64,000 nucleotides of DNA from Eledone cirrhosa (GCA_964016885.1 OZ024743.1:266290001-266354000), one strand, 5' to 3'; counted from the first letter of the stretch, positions 10,877 to 25,083 are shown. Program-made: numbers and translations. The notes: a model not told the origin generated them from the letters alone.

Positions 10877-12790
10877 AATAATAATAATAATACTGGTTTC
10901 AGTTATTGGCCACAACGGTCGACATATAGGAGACAATACAACAGACGGCGACAGTAGGGGTTTACATATAAAACGTGTAAAAAAATATAAATAACAAGAA
11001 AAATGCAACAATGAGAAATCCCAAATGGGGAAGGGGATAACCACCCAGGGTTGGCACAGATACCCCACCAATCATGAATCACCTCACACTTCGAGGGCTC
11101 CCAGGAAGGTACCTCTCTCCTCCTCAAATTTACTAGCCAACAGGCGTATGATCAAAGTATTCCCTCCACACGGGCCACATTCACCCACATGTTAGCAAAT
11201 GTACTGGGGAGTGTGTGTGGGGGGAGGGGGGGCAGCACTCCTCTCTCCACGATCACCTTCCTTTCTAAATGAAACTTGAAAAAGTTGTTGTGGGATTCGC
11301 CTAAGAGATAAGTGCCTGTCTTCAGTTCCTTCAACCTGGTCTACCATTCAACCTCTTCCGCAACTGCCAACAGACAGGAATATTGCCTGCCCTTTCTGGC
11401 CAAAAGAAGACGGAGGGTCGATATTTACTATGGACTCGGCCGATAGCCGGATCCATTCTACACGCAACAACAGCCGTACGACATAACTCCACAAGTCAGT
11501 AATGCACGGACCTTGGATCACTGCGTACAAAATGGTTTCGTCGATCTGTATGCATTTCGAGCAGGTGCGTCTGACCGCATTTCCGTGCCTGTAGGGGTTA
11601 TCTCGAACCAGCAGTGCCCCCCCCCCCCCCGGTACCACTGCCAAACGAGGGATTTTTAGAAGTTATCCAAGGTCCCCGGCGCGAATGTCCTCCGGAACAG
11701 ACTGGTTAGTTCGACGCGCAGAGCCTCTCCGAGTGCATCGTCGCACTTGCCCACCACTGATCCTCTATAGAACCCTAGAGTGGAAGTTCCACTGACCGCA
11801 TTGCCCACCTGGTAGAGGGCCTGGCAACATTGCAGTCACCCAGATGCCAGTCACCCAGTCTTTGTATTTTCTTGAACCAGGACTGCAGCTCAGTCAAAGA
11901 AACAAGATGCAGAAAGGCCCGTCTGATAAACGGTGACTACACCTGTTCCCTTTTTAGGCAGAATGTCTGGAGATGCCGCAGCCTCAGCGCATGTCTGCGC
12001 ATCATTAGCCACGGATTTCCCAGCCCTTCGCGTAGAGGGTGCTTGCAAAAGATGGACCGCCTCACGAACGGGGCCTTTCCCCTCCACAATAATTTGAAGA
12101 GGAGCCGTTCAAAATTGGTGAGGCGAAACGGGGTCAAGGCACAACGGTCAGGCGGTAGTAGATGACGGATGCAATGTACACATTCGCCACCCCCACCTAA
12201 CCTTTCGGTGATAGCTTCCTCGCAGCCCATTTTTTGGAGAGACTAGCTACCCTTTTCGTTACATCGTCCCATTTCTTATCCACCTGGAGGTCTGGTCCGA
12301 ACCAAACCCCGAGCAACTTTGCCGCTCCGTGCGTCCAGCACCCAATGACGCTGATGAACGGCATGGACTTACCTCTCCAGGTGCCGAGCTGCAGCAAGCC
12401 CACTGACTTTTCCGGGTTAAGTTTCGTTCCTGTCCACCTTTCATATTCCTCCAAAAAGTTGCCGACCACCTTGATTTCCGAGGTGTCTGACACCATCACG
12501 GTGATGTCGTCCGTATAAGCCGACACAACCGTTCTGCGTCCCTGTTCCAGCGGGATGCCCTGCAACAGCTCCAGCTTCCACAGTAAAGGTTCGAGAGTCA
12601 ATACGTACAGAAGAGACGAGAGAGGGCACTCTTGACAGATCGGTCGGGTGACCTGAAACGGTTCCAAGAGGTAACCACTAACCTTGACCACCGAGCAGAT
12701 GCCACTAGCGATCCAGCTACAGAAGACGGGGCCGAAGCCAGCTTCCCGAGGACAGCCTCCAGGTACCGATGGTCGACCTTATCGAAGGCT
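10877..12790 (-). pseudogene. 5'-truncated degenerate L1/Tx1-like LINE (RT C-half and 3' UTR)
   Basis: Fragments YTDDIT, GVWFGPDLQVDK, QECPLSSLLYVL, homologous to 38718-42137; (ATT)n tail. Confidence 0.9.
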
Positions 12791-13523
12791 CAACCAAGAG
12801 TCTAATTGGAGTAATGCCCTAATATCTGGTGTGGGGGTTATTGTATGTACAGAGCTATGATTAGAGCAGCAACAACAAAATGACCGGAAAAAGTGATATA
12901 TTGAAGAAAATAAGTAAAAATATGTCATATAATTGTTGAATTAATTAAATATACAATATAAAGATGTTAGACAATTATACGAATCAGTTAAACTCATTGA
13001 GTTTTTCCAAATACGTGTTAAGTGGAAACTCTTAACGAATTCAACTGATTTCAACCACATTAATATTGATTTATATATTTTCTTAACTTTTCTTCATAAC
13101 TTTTCTTTTTCCACACTTATATAATATAGGACAACTTCTATACTACTCAACTCCGTAGCTGAATACATATAAATATTTCTATATTACATACCACTAAATA
13201 ATGTCAAAGATCTCCTATATTTCCCTCACATTAACACGCGGGCACCTTCTTTGCCATTTCAAATTTACATCTTTGGCTTATTTCCCTTTGTTATACTACG
13301 TTTTCATCAAGGAGCGTTTCTCACGTCCAAGCGCCTGATGACTAAAGTCACATGTTATCGCTTTTACAATCTAGGTAGATAGTCAAAGTTTGGCCTGGCA
13401 ACCTTAGGTATGGTTTTGTTTCGTTTATATATAAATAAAATAATATATCAAATCTAACAGAATACTGTTTGCCTTTTACCCTTTTCAAATGCACCGACAT
13501 TTGACTACATCTATCTATCTACC

Positions 13524-16500
13524 TGACGCGTGGAACATCACTGGTAAGCTTTTTAGTAAATTTCTATACACAAAACTGGACTAATTGTTTGAAAAGACAT
13601 ATCATTTTGTAGATTAACCCCAAGCTGAATTTTCAGCTGGGTGTTAAACCCATTTTTCGCCCCTTTAGGGGCGAAAATTAAATTTAAATATTGTTTAAAA
13701 AATCACATTATGCCGATTATAAAAAATGAGTGACTCGGAAAAAACGCTGAAGAATGTTAATAGAGAGAAGAGAGTTAGAAAGGCAGATGTTAACGTTATA
13801 TCTGCTTCTGCCACTATGGACGTCGTCATGGATACGACTGTCAACAAAGAGAAAATATTGCCACTTGAACATTTAAAAGGTTTCTACCGTCGAAGCGGAG
13901 AAAAATAACACACAACATACACAGAAAAATACAGAAAACACAGAAATTAAAACTATTCATATACTTACACATGAAAAAGCCAACAACAACAACTCCATGG
14001 ATACATGTATAGATAAAGTTTCACCTCGTCAAGAAATTGCGATTTCTAACACCTGACAACGACGACAACGACGACAACAATAACAACAACAACAACAACA
14101 GCAGCAACACCACAAAAAATATATTTCACTGAAACAAGAAACAAGATTTTATAAATCTTGACATCTCTAATGCAAGAGATATGCTCAAGCAAGGGAGAAC
14201 ATTTGTAACTTTCGAAGACAAGGGTGGGTTTAGAATCAACTCAACCCTCGAAATAAAAGAAGAGACGGTTCGAAGGATAGTGACCTTCAGGACTGTCTCA
14301 AACACGAGAAAGCCACCTTGAAGGAGTCAAGGAGACATGGAAGCCACCGTGAAGGAGACTCTAGAAAATATTGACTTTCTTCAACGAGGAAGACAGTACA
14401 GAAGTATGTCCGTACTGTTTAAAAGCGAGGCACTCGCTCCAAAATATTCTGTCACACCAATGGCGTCAAAAGCATTCACCTTTTTCCCTACGTACATGGG
14501 AAAAAGATCACAAAAAATAAAAATAAAAAATATAGCACAAACATTAACATCTGGTGGATCTTGGCTGGCTTCTTGGAGCCAGAGACGGATGCTATTCTTT
14601 CGGTATGAAAGTCTATTAGACAAAGGTCGGCGGGTACGGATTTGGAGATTCTGATGCAGATGAGGCCGGAGACAATCTCCAAAATACCCGAAAAAGTTGT
14701 CATCGACGACAACAAGAAGATAAAAACTTCGGTGGTGGGACGTAAACTTCAGTGCTTCCGCTGTGGTAGCACAGCACACCTAAAGGCCTCCTATCCTTCA
14801 CAGATACATAACAACAACATCATTAAAAAAACACTATTACCAACACCAACACCAAAACAATCACTACCACAAGTATAACAACAGACGAAACGATCAAACA
14901 CACCAAAACAAACAGACACTCAACCAACAACAACAGAAAAAACACAGACAACACCTCTGAAGAATACAACCACACCCCATACCACTCCATCAAACATTAC
15001 CACAAATGCACACACCGAAACACCATCATCACACAACATGCCCCTACCCCACACTCCTGACGATGATCATTCATCGACGGATGAGGCTGCTTCTCCCTCT
15101 TCAAGTGAAGAAGAAGAGCCTCAGAAATAAAAAAATAAAAGAATAGACACCGCAAAACGCCCAAAACTCCAATCACCAGCACCAACACACAACCACAGAC
15201 ACAAACAACAACACAAACAACACCACAACCAAACCTTGCCCTACCAACAAAACAAACACCAACACCACCCCAAACACAAAAAAGAAAACTCACAGACGAA
15301 CAACAAACTAAAACAACACAACCAAAACAAAAACAACAATATATATACATCAACACAAACAATAAAAAATTTAATGGAGATCATCTCCCAGGACCTCAAA
15401 GAGGAAACTGAGGGGAAAACAATTGTAAAACCTGATACTGCACTACACCTCAAACTAATAACAGTTCCGGTAGAAACCTACCAAATACTAAAGAACCAAT
15501 TTTCACAGGACGTTGGCAACCCATGCAAAAAACCAATAAACCGTTGTCCTGTTGAAATGTTCCCACACCCCACGCAACACCCCCACCAAAAATGAAATGG
15601 AGATCGAACAACCCGATCTCAAGGAAACGGGAAGGTAAGTGCATTCTTTCGTCCTTATTTTGCCAACTCTTCTACAACAACATGGCTGATTTACGAGTTG
15701 GAAGTGTGAATGTGCGTGGCCTAGGTATGCGCTGGAAACAGGGAAAACTCTTAAACGACCTTAGGTCACACGATATAGATGTGATAGCCATCACCGAATC
15801 CAGGATCCACAACAGGACGCAGCTGACCCCCATCTTCAACGACTTTGAGATCTACGCATCTCCTTGTCAGCCAGGAGGTAGAGGGGGAGTAACAGTCATG
15901 TTTCGGAAAAACCTGGACATCTAAATACAGCAAGTACATTTGGACGACGATGGTCGGCTGGTAGTCCTAGACGTGAACAGTGTTGGAGGTGGAGCCTTCA
16001 GACTGGTGGCCGTTTATGCACCGACTGGGCAATCGCCTTCCAGATTTCTTAAAGCGTATAGAGTCTTTTCTGAGAACGTCTCGCTCCTTGCTTTTAGTGG
16101 GGGACTGGATTGGTATCCTAGATGCACGATGGGACTATATAGTATCATGTCCCAGTAGAGGGGGGGGGGGGGTGCAACAGCCTCAAAACTTTAATCGGTC
16201 AATTCCAACTGGCCGATAGGTATCGACTGGATTTCCCGCCTGCACCACAGTGGACGTGGGCAAACCACAGCGGGACATCTAGATCGTATTTAGATAGGTT
16301 CTTGATTAGAGAAAGGGACAAGGAGATTTTAAGCTGTCCACGAATGCACATAGTTGCATATTTAGACCACAAATTAGTCGTCTGCATAGTCAACCGTGAT
16401 AGAACACATAGACAGGGACCGGGATACTGGAAGCTGAAGGTGTCGTTGCCGACACGTTAAGCTTACAGTGAACGCATAAGTAGACTATTCAAGCAACATT

Positions 16501-19178
16501 TAACGGGTGCCATCGTCAACAATAGATGGTGGTACTCTCTTAAGAAAGCAATTAGAGTAGAATCGATAGGGTTTAGCAGAGAGTTAACCTTAGAGAAAAA
16601 CAAAATAGAAAGAAAACTAGTAGTCAAGGTAGAGGAGGCACTTAGAATTGGCAACGCGGCTAGAGTATTAGCGTCGAGAACGGCACTGGATCAGTTCTTC
16701 GACGCGAAAGAAGCAGCACACGTGCTCTAGGAAACGAAGGAGCGAAAGCTGTCAGCTGGGCCCGAGGGGCGGAGGCGCAAAGTGGCAACAAGTCCACGAT
16801 TCGGTCTTTGAAAAACCAAAACGTGCACGGCTTTTCAGCAAACGTGCGCGGCCTTTCAGCAGCACTTTGCGCGACTGTTTGAGCAGAACGACGGTGCAAT
16901 GGACTTTAGTTCATACTTTAGTTCATACCTCGACGGCTTGCCGCGTCTCTCGAACACGGACGCCGAGTTCTGCGAATGATCGATCGCGGACACTGAGATA
17001 CAGGACGCTTTGGGCCGCTGCGGGAAACGCAAATCACCCGGTCTAGATGGTCTACCCTATGAGTTTTATATAGGCATGCCGGACTTGTTCTCTGGTGTCC
17101 TCGAAGCCGTCTACCGCAATTGGCGGCAGAACGGGAGAATTCCCAGTTCTGCAGGCAAGGGCGTAGTAACGCTGATAGGAAAGACGAGAACAAGTGGGAC
17201 GAAATTAACAACTTCAGGCACATAACACTGCTCAACACAGAGTTAAAGATGTTGGCCAAGGTGCTAGCGACCAGGTCCATACACGACAACCTCCACCTGC
17301 GATAAATTATAGAGAGGGTGGGTAGTAAACCCGGCTTCGCTGGGGCTCTGATCAATTTGGATCAGTCTAAGGCATTCGAAAGGGACGGCCATCGATACTT
17401 GGAAGCGGTTCTCAAGGCGGCCGGTTTCGGTCCTGTTTTCAGAGGATGGATCGAGGCGACGCACACCAGCATCTGCTCGAGGGTCAGGATGAACGGCTAA
17501 CTATCAGAGCCGTTCGCAATCACGCGTTCCATTCGACAGGGAGGCCCTCTCTCCTCTATTCTGTATATTGACTCTAGAGCCACTACTGCGGAAATTCTAG
17601 CTGTTGCAGGGCATCCCTCTAGAACCGGGACTGCGCAAAGAGGCGTGGGCTTATGCCGACGTCGTGACGGTAATGGTATCGGGCACCTCGGAAATCGGGG
17701 TGATCGGCAACTTACTGAAAGAATACGAAACACTGACGGGAGCAAAACTAAATCCGGACAAGTCTGTCGGTTTGCAACTCGATACGTGGAGGGGCAAACC
17801 GATGACGTCCGACAGAAAACTAGAACGAGGTCACGACCAAGGTCTTTGCGCTCACCCAGAAGTGGTCAGACTGCAAACTGTCCTTGAAAGGTTGAGCAGA
17901 GGAGGCGAACACTTTCATAGCGTCCGTGGCTACTACCGCTTGACTGTCGTGCCTTGTCCCCGTGAACACCTCGCCAAGATGGTACGCATGCTCTTCCAGT
18001 TTCTGTGGAAGAAGCAGGCTCCGCTGGTGAGGAGATCCATCTGCTGTCAGCACCCTTCCAACAGAGGGCTGGGAATGCCGTAGCTGATGATGCGCAAACA
18101 TGCGCTGAGGCTGCGGCATCTACAGGCATTCCTCACCGACCCCCAACCGCTGTGGGCCCCGTTTGTGAGACAGTCTTTCCTGCAGCTCGTCTCGCTGACG
18201 AAGCTGCAGTTCTGGGTCAAGAAAAGGCCGAAAACGATGGGCGCCTGGCACATTGAATGCGCTCAGGCGCTCACAGTCCTAAGGCAAGCGGGCACAGCAA
18301 TCAGTGGAGACTACACTTCGACATTATATAGAGGGATTGTACGTTACAAGGGCGACGACGTGCTCGGGGAGACTCTGGGCGTCGAAGACGATGAGCTCAC
18401 CAGCCTTGTTGGTACGACTTTCCGCCCGGGACGTATGGACAACTTCCAGATGTCCCTGGCCCGGCAGTGCTACCGAGAAGCTTTACCAGTTCGTGACAAG
18501 ATCGGCAAGGATCCTTCCAAGAGGACGTGTCCAACATGCACGCAGGACATTGAAACCGTTCTGCACGTAATTGACACTGCCCGGGCGTAACCGACCTGTG
18601 GAACTACGCGGAACAACTGCTGTCGCGTATGGGAAAAAATCCAGTTGACTGCCGAGTCCATAGTAAGGATCAAACCGCCAACTTCTTTATAAAACGAAAG
18701 AGAGGCGGTTTTCCTCTGTATAGTGCCTATGGTGAAAGAGGTTATATAGTGGACGAGATTGAGAGGACTGAGGGCAGATGCCTTTGTCTCCGGACAACCA
18801 CTCATTCCCTTCTTTAGATACAACTTTAGAAGGAGAATCAGAATAGAGAGAGAAGCACTGCACCCCAGTAAATTTACGGAAATGTGGGTGAATGTGTCAA
18901 AAATGGGCCGAGTGATTGGGCCTTCTCTGTATATAAACCTGAAGGTTGAGGAAGAGAGCAAAAGGAAAAAAGGAGCACTTGCACAACACGCGCTTGAAGT
19001 TGAAGGTTGTTCTATCGACGGGCTATTAAACAACCCATTTGTGGCGCCTCTCCCCTATTGGGGATTTCGATTGTTATATTTGTTTGTTTTATATGTTTTT
19101 ACCCGATTGCATGTAAAATGCCTGGCATGTCTTTGTTTTATCCCCCTTTCTTGTGCGCACTTGTGGCTAATAAAGAAA
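13524..19178 (+). pseudogene. Degenerate full-length L1/Tx1-like LINE (ORF1 remnants ~13726-15640, ORF2 remnants ~15682-18950)
   Basis: ORF1 zinc knuckle CFRCGSTAHLKAS; ORF2 APE start MADLRVGSVNVRGL, VAVYAPTG, KSPGLDGLPYEFY, YADVV; 3' end CTTGTGGCTAATAAAGAAA followed by (TCTA)n. Confidence 0.88.
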
Positions 19179-19544
19179 TATATCTATCTATATATCTATC
19201 TATCGATATATTTATCTATCTGTCGATCTATCTATATATCTATCAGACGCATACACACACATACACACATGCACATACACACAGAGACACACACACACAC
19301 AAATATATATATATATATACAGATAGAGAGAGAGAGTGAGAGAGAGTGAGAAATAAAAGCTTTGGCGTAATATTTTTGACTATATAATAAAGCCTAATAC
19401 TAGGGCCTATAAACTCCCTGAACGATAAAAGATGCGTACCAATGCCATATTATTAGACTATATTGTAAAGTCAAAAATATTACGGCCAAGCTTCTATTTA
19501 TACTTCTACTTCAATTCTAAACTTCTCTCGCCACGTTTCAAACA

Positions 19545-19670
<126 letters not shown>

Positions 19671-19831
19671 GTATTAAGGATACTATTTATGGTTATGTAT
19701 ATTCTAAAATTTGTTTAGTTATATATATTTTAAAACCTAAACAGTGAAAGACAGAAATTGATTACTACCTTATTACCAGTAAGATAAATAGCTCAATGTA
19801 ATAACATCAGTTGTTCTACAGAGCAGTTATA

Positions 19832-22766
19832 TAGAATTCACAGGAATCAAAGTTATGTTCAAACCATTTATTAGCTTACAAATGTTTCATCCAAACCGAG
19901 GCTTGGGGGTCTTAGGACCATTTTTCAATGTTTGTATACATACATGACCGCCTTTCTAACGCAAGAGACATACAGATACATATGTATATATTTGTGTACA
20001 GTGGGGTGACATATATTATATTATTTCTGAATGGCAATTTAAATTCAAAAATTAAAATCATATTAAAACAGAATCAAAGCAAATTTAAAATTAAAATACA
20101 ACATCGGCAGTTTACGAAGATAATGCAAGAGGATAGTTTGTTAGTCAGTTGTAGTAGTTATTGTATGCATTAGTTACACGTGGGGCATGCACGTGTGTCT
20201 TATTTATATATGATTATTGTGCGGCAGGGTGTTATATGCAATACAAGCACTTTAAGCGGGTAATCAAGAGTATTATGGAGGTTGTAGTGGTAAGGTATTT
20301 TTTGTGTATGATAAAGAAGCTTGTGTGCAGAGAAATAGTATAAATGAGAAGCAAAATAATTATATGGTTTTTGTATACACCACCATTTTCACAATTCAGA
20401 AAAAACGTAATATATAGTTTATATGTCCTTCACATAATTAACGATGATTCCGTATTGGATGTTTGATGTATTAAGTTAAATTATTACAGCTTGTTGCGGC
20501 TCAGTGTTCTTTAATCCAATTTTATAGAGCAGGGTGTTTCTGTTGCGACAATTTACATCGTTTTATTATCCGGAAGTATGTGTGCGATTAAGGGGAGTTA
20601 ATGCGTGAGGGGATGTAACTAGCTGATTTCTATAACTAAATTTATTATTCCAACATACATTAAAAGAGAGTCAGATCTACATATCAAAGTTCTTTGTAAA
20701 TGTAGTCTACTCACAGAACCTGTCAGGGGCCCTATTAGAACCACGTCTATATAACCCCTTGCATGGCAAAGTTAAATATCTCTAGGTTAGACCAACAAAC
20801 ATTTCTCACTTACAATGTCATTAATCTATCTATCAAGTTATACATGTATGTATAACTCACATACCACTCAACATATAGGTTATACAGCTCTTTTATGTTA
20901 ATAAATTAATCCTCTATTTATCTAATGATAGCACTCCATACATACAACATTTGCACAAATAATTCATTGCTGAATTCGGTGTTTAAAGTTTACATATAAT
21001 TATATAGTGATATAATACAGTCTAATTGAAAGTAATTATCACCTCTTCTAGCACCACACCTCAAGGGCACACCTTACATCACAACTCCACACTCAATGAT
21101 TCACCTTATCTTAACACAATTCGTGCCATCTCTCTAAAACCTTTTACCCTAGAAATATCCCCATGTACACCTACTTATAGTATAATTACTTTCAATTACA
21201 TAGACTGCATTATATCACTATATAATTATATGTAAACTTTAAACACCAAATTCAGCAATGAATTATTTGTGCAAATGTTGTTGTATGTATGGAGTGCTAT
21301 CATTAGATATATAGAGGATTAATTTATTAACATAAAAGAGCTGTATAACCTATATGTTGAGTGGTATGTGAGTTATACATACATGTATAACTTGATAGAT
21401 AGATTAATAACATTGTAAGTGAGAAATGTTTGTTGTCTAACCTAGAGATATTTAACTTTGCCATGCAATGAGCCATACGCTGACCCAGAGCTTACCAGGG
21501 GTTATATAGACGTGGTTCTAATAGGGCCCCTGACAGGTTCTGTGAGTAGACTACATTTACAAAGAACTTTGATATGTAGATCTGACTCTTCGTATGGGAT
21601 ATTCAGTTGTAGCACTCTGTGATAGGGAGTAATCATCCTAATATAGATACCTTTAGTACTTCATGATAGAGTAGACTGTAATTAAAGATAGGATACTTAA
21701 ATTTGGAAACAGTATATAATCGTATATATAAGGGACTCAATTGAGACACCTTTTAATGTATGTTTGAATAATAAATTTAGTTATAAAAATCAGCTAGTTA
21801 TCTCCCCTCACGCATTAACTCCCCTTAATCGCACACATACTTCTGGATAATAAAACGATGTAAATTATCGCAACAGAAACAACCTGCTCTATAAAATTGG
21901 ATTAAAGAACACTGAGCCGCAACAAGCTATAATAATTTAATTTAATACATCAAACATCCAATACGGAATCATCGTTAATTATGTAAAGGACATATAAACT
22001 ATATATTACGTTTCCTGAATTGTGAAAATGGTGGTGTATACAAAAACCATATCATTATTTTGCTTATCAAAGGGCGGTGGATTGGCAGTATCAGTAGAGG
22101 GTCGGACGCCATGCTTTCCAGCATAGTTACGTCCCTTTACGATCTGAGTTCAAATCCCGCCGAGGTTGACTTTGCCTTTCATCCTTACGGGGTCGATAAA
22201 ATAAAGTACCAGTAATGCACTGGGTAATTGCTGGCCTTGTGCCTAAAGTAGAAACAATTATTTTGCTTATCATTTATACTAATTCTCTGCACACAAGCTT
22301 CTTTATCATACACAAAAAATACCTTACCACTACAACCTCCATAATACTCTTGATTACCCGCTTAAAGTGCTTGTATTGCATATAGCACCCTGCCGCAAAA
22401 TAATCATATATAAATAAGACACACGTGCATGCCCCACGTGTAACTACAATTGACTAACAAACTATCCTCTTGCATTATCTACGTTAACTGCCGATGTTGT
22501 ATTTTAATTTTAATTTTGCTTTGATTCTGTTTTAATATGATTTTAATTTTTGAATTTAAATTGCCATTCAGAAATAATATAATATATGTCACCCCACTGT
22601 ACATCAATATATACATATGTATCTGTATGTCTCTTGCGTTAGAAAGGAGGTCATGTATGTATACAAACATTGAAAAATGGTCCTAAGACCCCCAAGCCTC
22701 GGTTTGGATGAAACAATTGTAAGCTAATAAATGGTTTGAACATAACTTTGATTCCTGTGAATTCTA
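19832..22766. repeat. ~2.9-kb foldback: arms 19832-21038 and 21182-22766 with a ~143-nt spacer
   Basis: TAGAATTCACAGGAATCAAAGTTATG at 19832 is the reverse complement of the sequence ending at 22766; complementarity is traceable inward to the spacer. Confidence 0.93.
22072..22256 (+). mobile_element. SINE family 1 with 16-bp target-site duplication
   Basis: A and B boxes plus core; ATTATTTTGCTTATCA on both sides. Confidence 0.92.
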
Positions 22767-22767
22767 C

Positions 22768-22849
<82 letters not shown>

Positions 22850-23004
22850 TTTGTTTTTGAATTTTCTTTGCAAGATTTCTCATCTGAAAACGTGTGTTGA
22901 AACAGATATTGTTACACTTTGTGAGTGTCATATGCTCCTGTTGGTTTTCACTTATTATTATAAATTTCCGGTTGGTTGGTTGGTTCAAATATCTGTGAAG
23001 GTTC

Positions 23005-23225
23005 ATGGCTTAGTGGTTAGACAATTAGATTCATAAATGTGAGTTTGTGAGTTCGATTCCTTGACCAGGTGATGCGTTATGGCCTTGAGCAAGACACTTT
23101 ATTTCGCGTTGCTCCTTCTGCCTAGATTTGCGACAGATAGATAGTATTAGCAATTGGAAAGAAAATGGAAACATTGTTTTCTCGGTCCGATTTGACGAGA
23201 TTCAGCCGACTCGTTAAGCGAATGA
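23005..23225 (+). mobile_element. tRNA-derived SINE, family 2
   Basis: TGGCTTAGTGG A box, GTTCGATTCC B box, CCTTGAGCAAGACACTT central motif; related copy at 25082-25250. Confidence 0.75.
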
Positions 23226-23319
23226 GGTCTGGGATATTGTTAATTGACACTTGATTTGGTTCAATAATTGGATGGTTCTTTATATATTTTCAAAGCTCTT
23301 TCGTCACACCTCTGATCTT

Positions 23320-23640
23320 ATTTGTTATTTCTTGTCCCTACTTTGTTCCGTCCTACACCATTTTGTTTTTGTAACAACACACTAATTTCATCGTACCTTT
23401 TAGCTAAGTCACGATAAATCATATCCACGTTTGAGATATTAAATAAATGTTTTCCCCCACATACACACACATAATGATGCACGTTAACTTCTGCTCTGAC
23501 GAAAGCCATGTTGGATGTATATTAGCAAGTCATTTTTCTCTAGAAACGTGATCATTTTGCCTCTGATAACAAGTTCTATAATTTTGGGGATATGTTATGA
23601 CAGTGATAGTTATTTATTTCTTTGCGAATGCCCTCCTTCC
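23320..23640 (-). pseudogene. CR1-like RT fragment
   Basis: Minus frames give KIIELVIRGKMITFLEKNDLLIYIQHGFRQSRS and NVDMIYRDLAKRYD, matching CR1 QHGF..RS and VDxxYLDFxKAFD motifs. Confidence 0.65.
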
Positions 23641-24422
23641 ATTCTGAGGAGGTTACTAGTTGCGAGGAAACTTTGGAAGTGCATCTGCCCTGGATTTGCT
23701 AGTGTCCATTTCCATTTCCATGTTTTAGGAAGATTAGTAGCAGAATGTCGACTATGGCTGTTATCTTTCACCTTTATGTCGATGCAATTGATGGTTGTAA
23801 TTTCCATCTGTAGAGCTATGTAGGTAAAAACTCATCCGTCTTATGTATTTGCAAGTTTCGCATCGGGGACATGAAAACACTTTTTTATTACTCATTCACT
23901 ATTTCACTTATTTTATGTGAGTCACCAGTCGCAGCATTGCCACAAATGATGGCGAGGCTATGGCGAAAGATAAAAAAAAAACCCAAAAAACAAAGGAAAG
24001 ACAATAGTTGATGAATTACAATTAAGACATTTATTAATCTTACGCTTAATATAGGAGGAAATGTATTAATGTCTCGGCGCTTGTCTATTATCAGAAAATA
24101 GAATGAGTAATTACAATAGAAAGACAGAGGAGCCTAAGCAAAGGTAGAGCGGAAAGCCCCAAAATATCTTCGTGAAGAAAGATGTCTGTTCTTTTCTACA
24201 TCCTTGGAAAACATTGATAGATTTGTTTATGGTGTAGGAAGTTCGGGTGGCCATCTTTTGACAGGCAGTGATCAAAAGCGTCTTATATCATTCTGAAAAG
24301 GAAAAGAAACTTGTTATTTATTTCGAGTGGATATGTATGTGTGTGTGTGTTGTTGTTGTTGTTTGTCTGTACAAATGTGACAAGTAATGCGTGTGCATAA
24401 TTTTATGTGAGTAGATTGGCAA

Positions 24423-24609
24423 GGGTGGTGGATTGGCAGTATCGGTAGAGGGTTGGACACCATGCATTGCAGCATAGTTACGCCCCTTTATGGTCTGAGT
24501 TCAAATGCCGCCGAGGTTAACTTTGCCTTTCATCCTTACGGTGTCGATAAAATAAAGCACCAGTAATGCACTGGAATAATTGCTGCCCTTGTGCCAAAAG
24601 TGGAAACAA
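24423..24609 (+). mobile_element. SINE family 1
   Basis: Same head, core and tail as 22072-22256. Confidence 0.88.
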
Positions 24610-24957
24610 TAATTTTATTTGCGTGTGTGTCTTTGTGTACCCGTGCGAGTGGGTGTTTGTTGTTGCTCCATATAGAGCTGTGAGTGTAAGTGTATGTTTA
24701 TGGTTCCTCTGAACAAATCTGTAAGGGCGTGCCTTTCTGATCGTTACGAAGCCATTAGAAAATTGAAGGGTGAATGTATGCGCGCGTAGGACTGCAGACG
24801 AGCTAGCGGTGACAGAGGCTGAGTCTATCGAAGCACGCGTCAGCGCATGTGTGCTAGGGTATGCATAGACTAAATAAAATGTATAGAGGGGTTCAATCCA
24901 TTTGCGAAACTGGACACAAGGCGGTAAATCAAGTTTTGCACAGTGATGCTGCGTGAT

Positions 24958-25029
24958 ATATATATATATGTGGGTGTGGGTGTCTATGTTTAGAATCATG
25001 GATATACACACACATATGCACGCACACAG

Positions 25030-25083
<54 letters not shown>

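Noticed and set aside
13305-13360. CTGATGA and opposite-strand GAAACGCTC as a hammerhead
   Set aside because: Core elements cannot be placed in the right order on one strand.
22072-22160. tRNA genes
   Set aside because: A and B boxes belong to SINE heads followed by SINE core and tail; there is no full cloverleaf.
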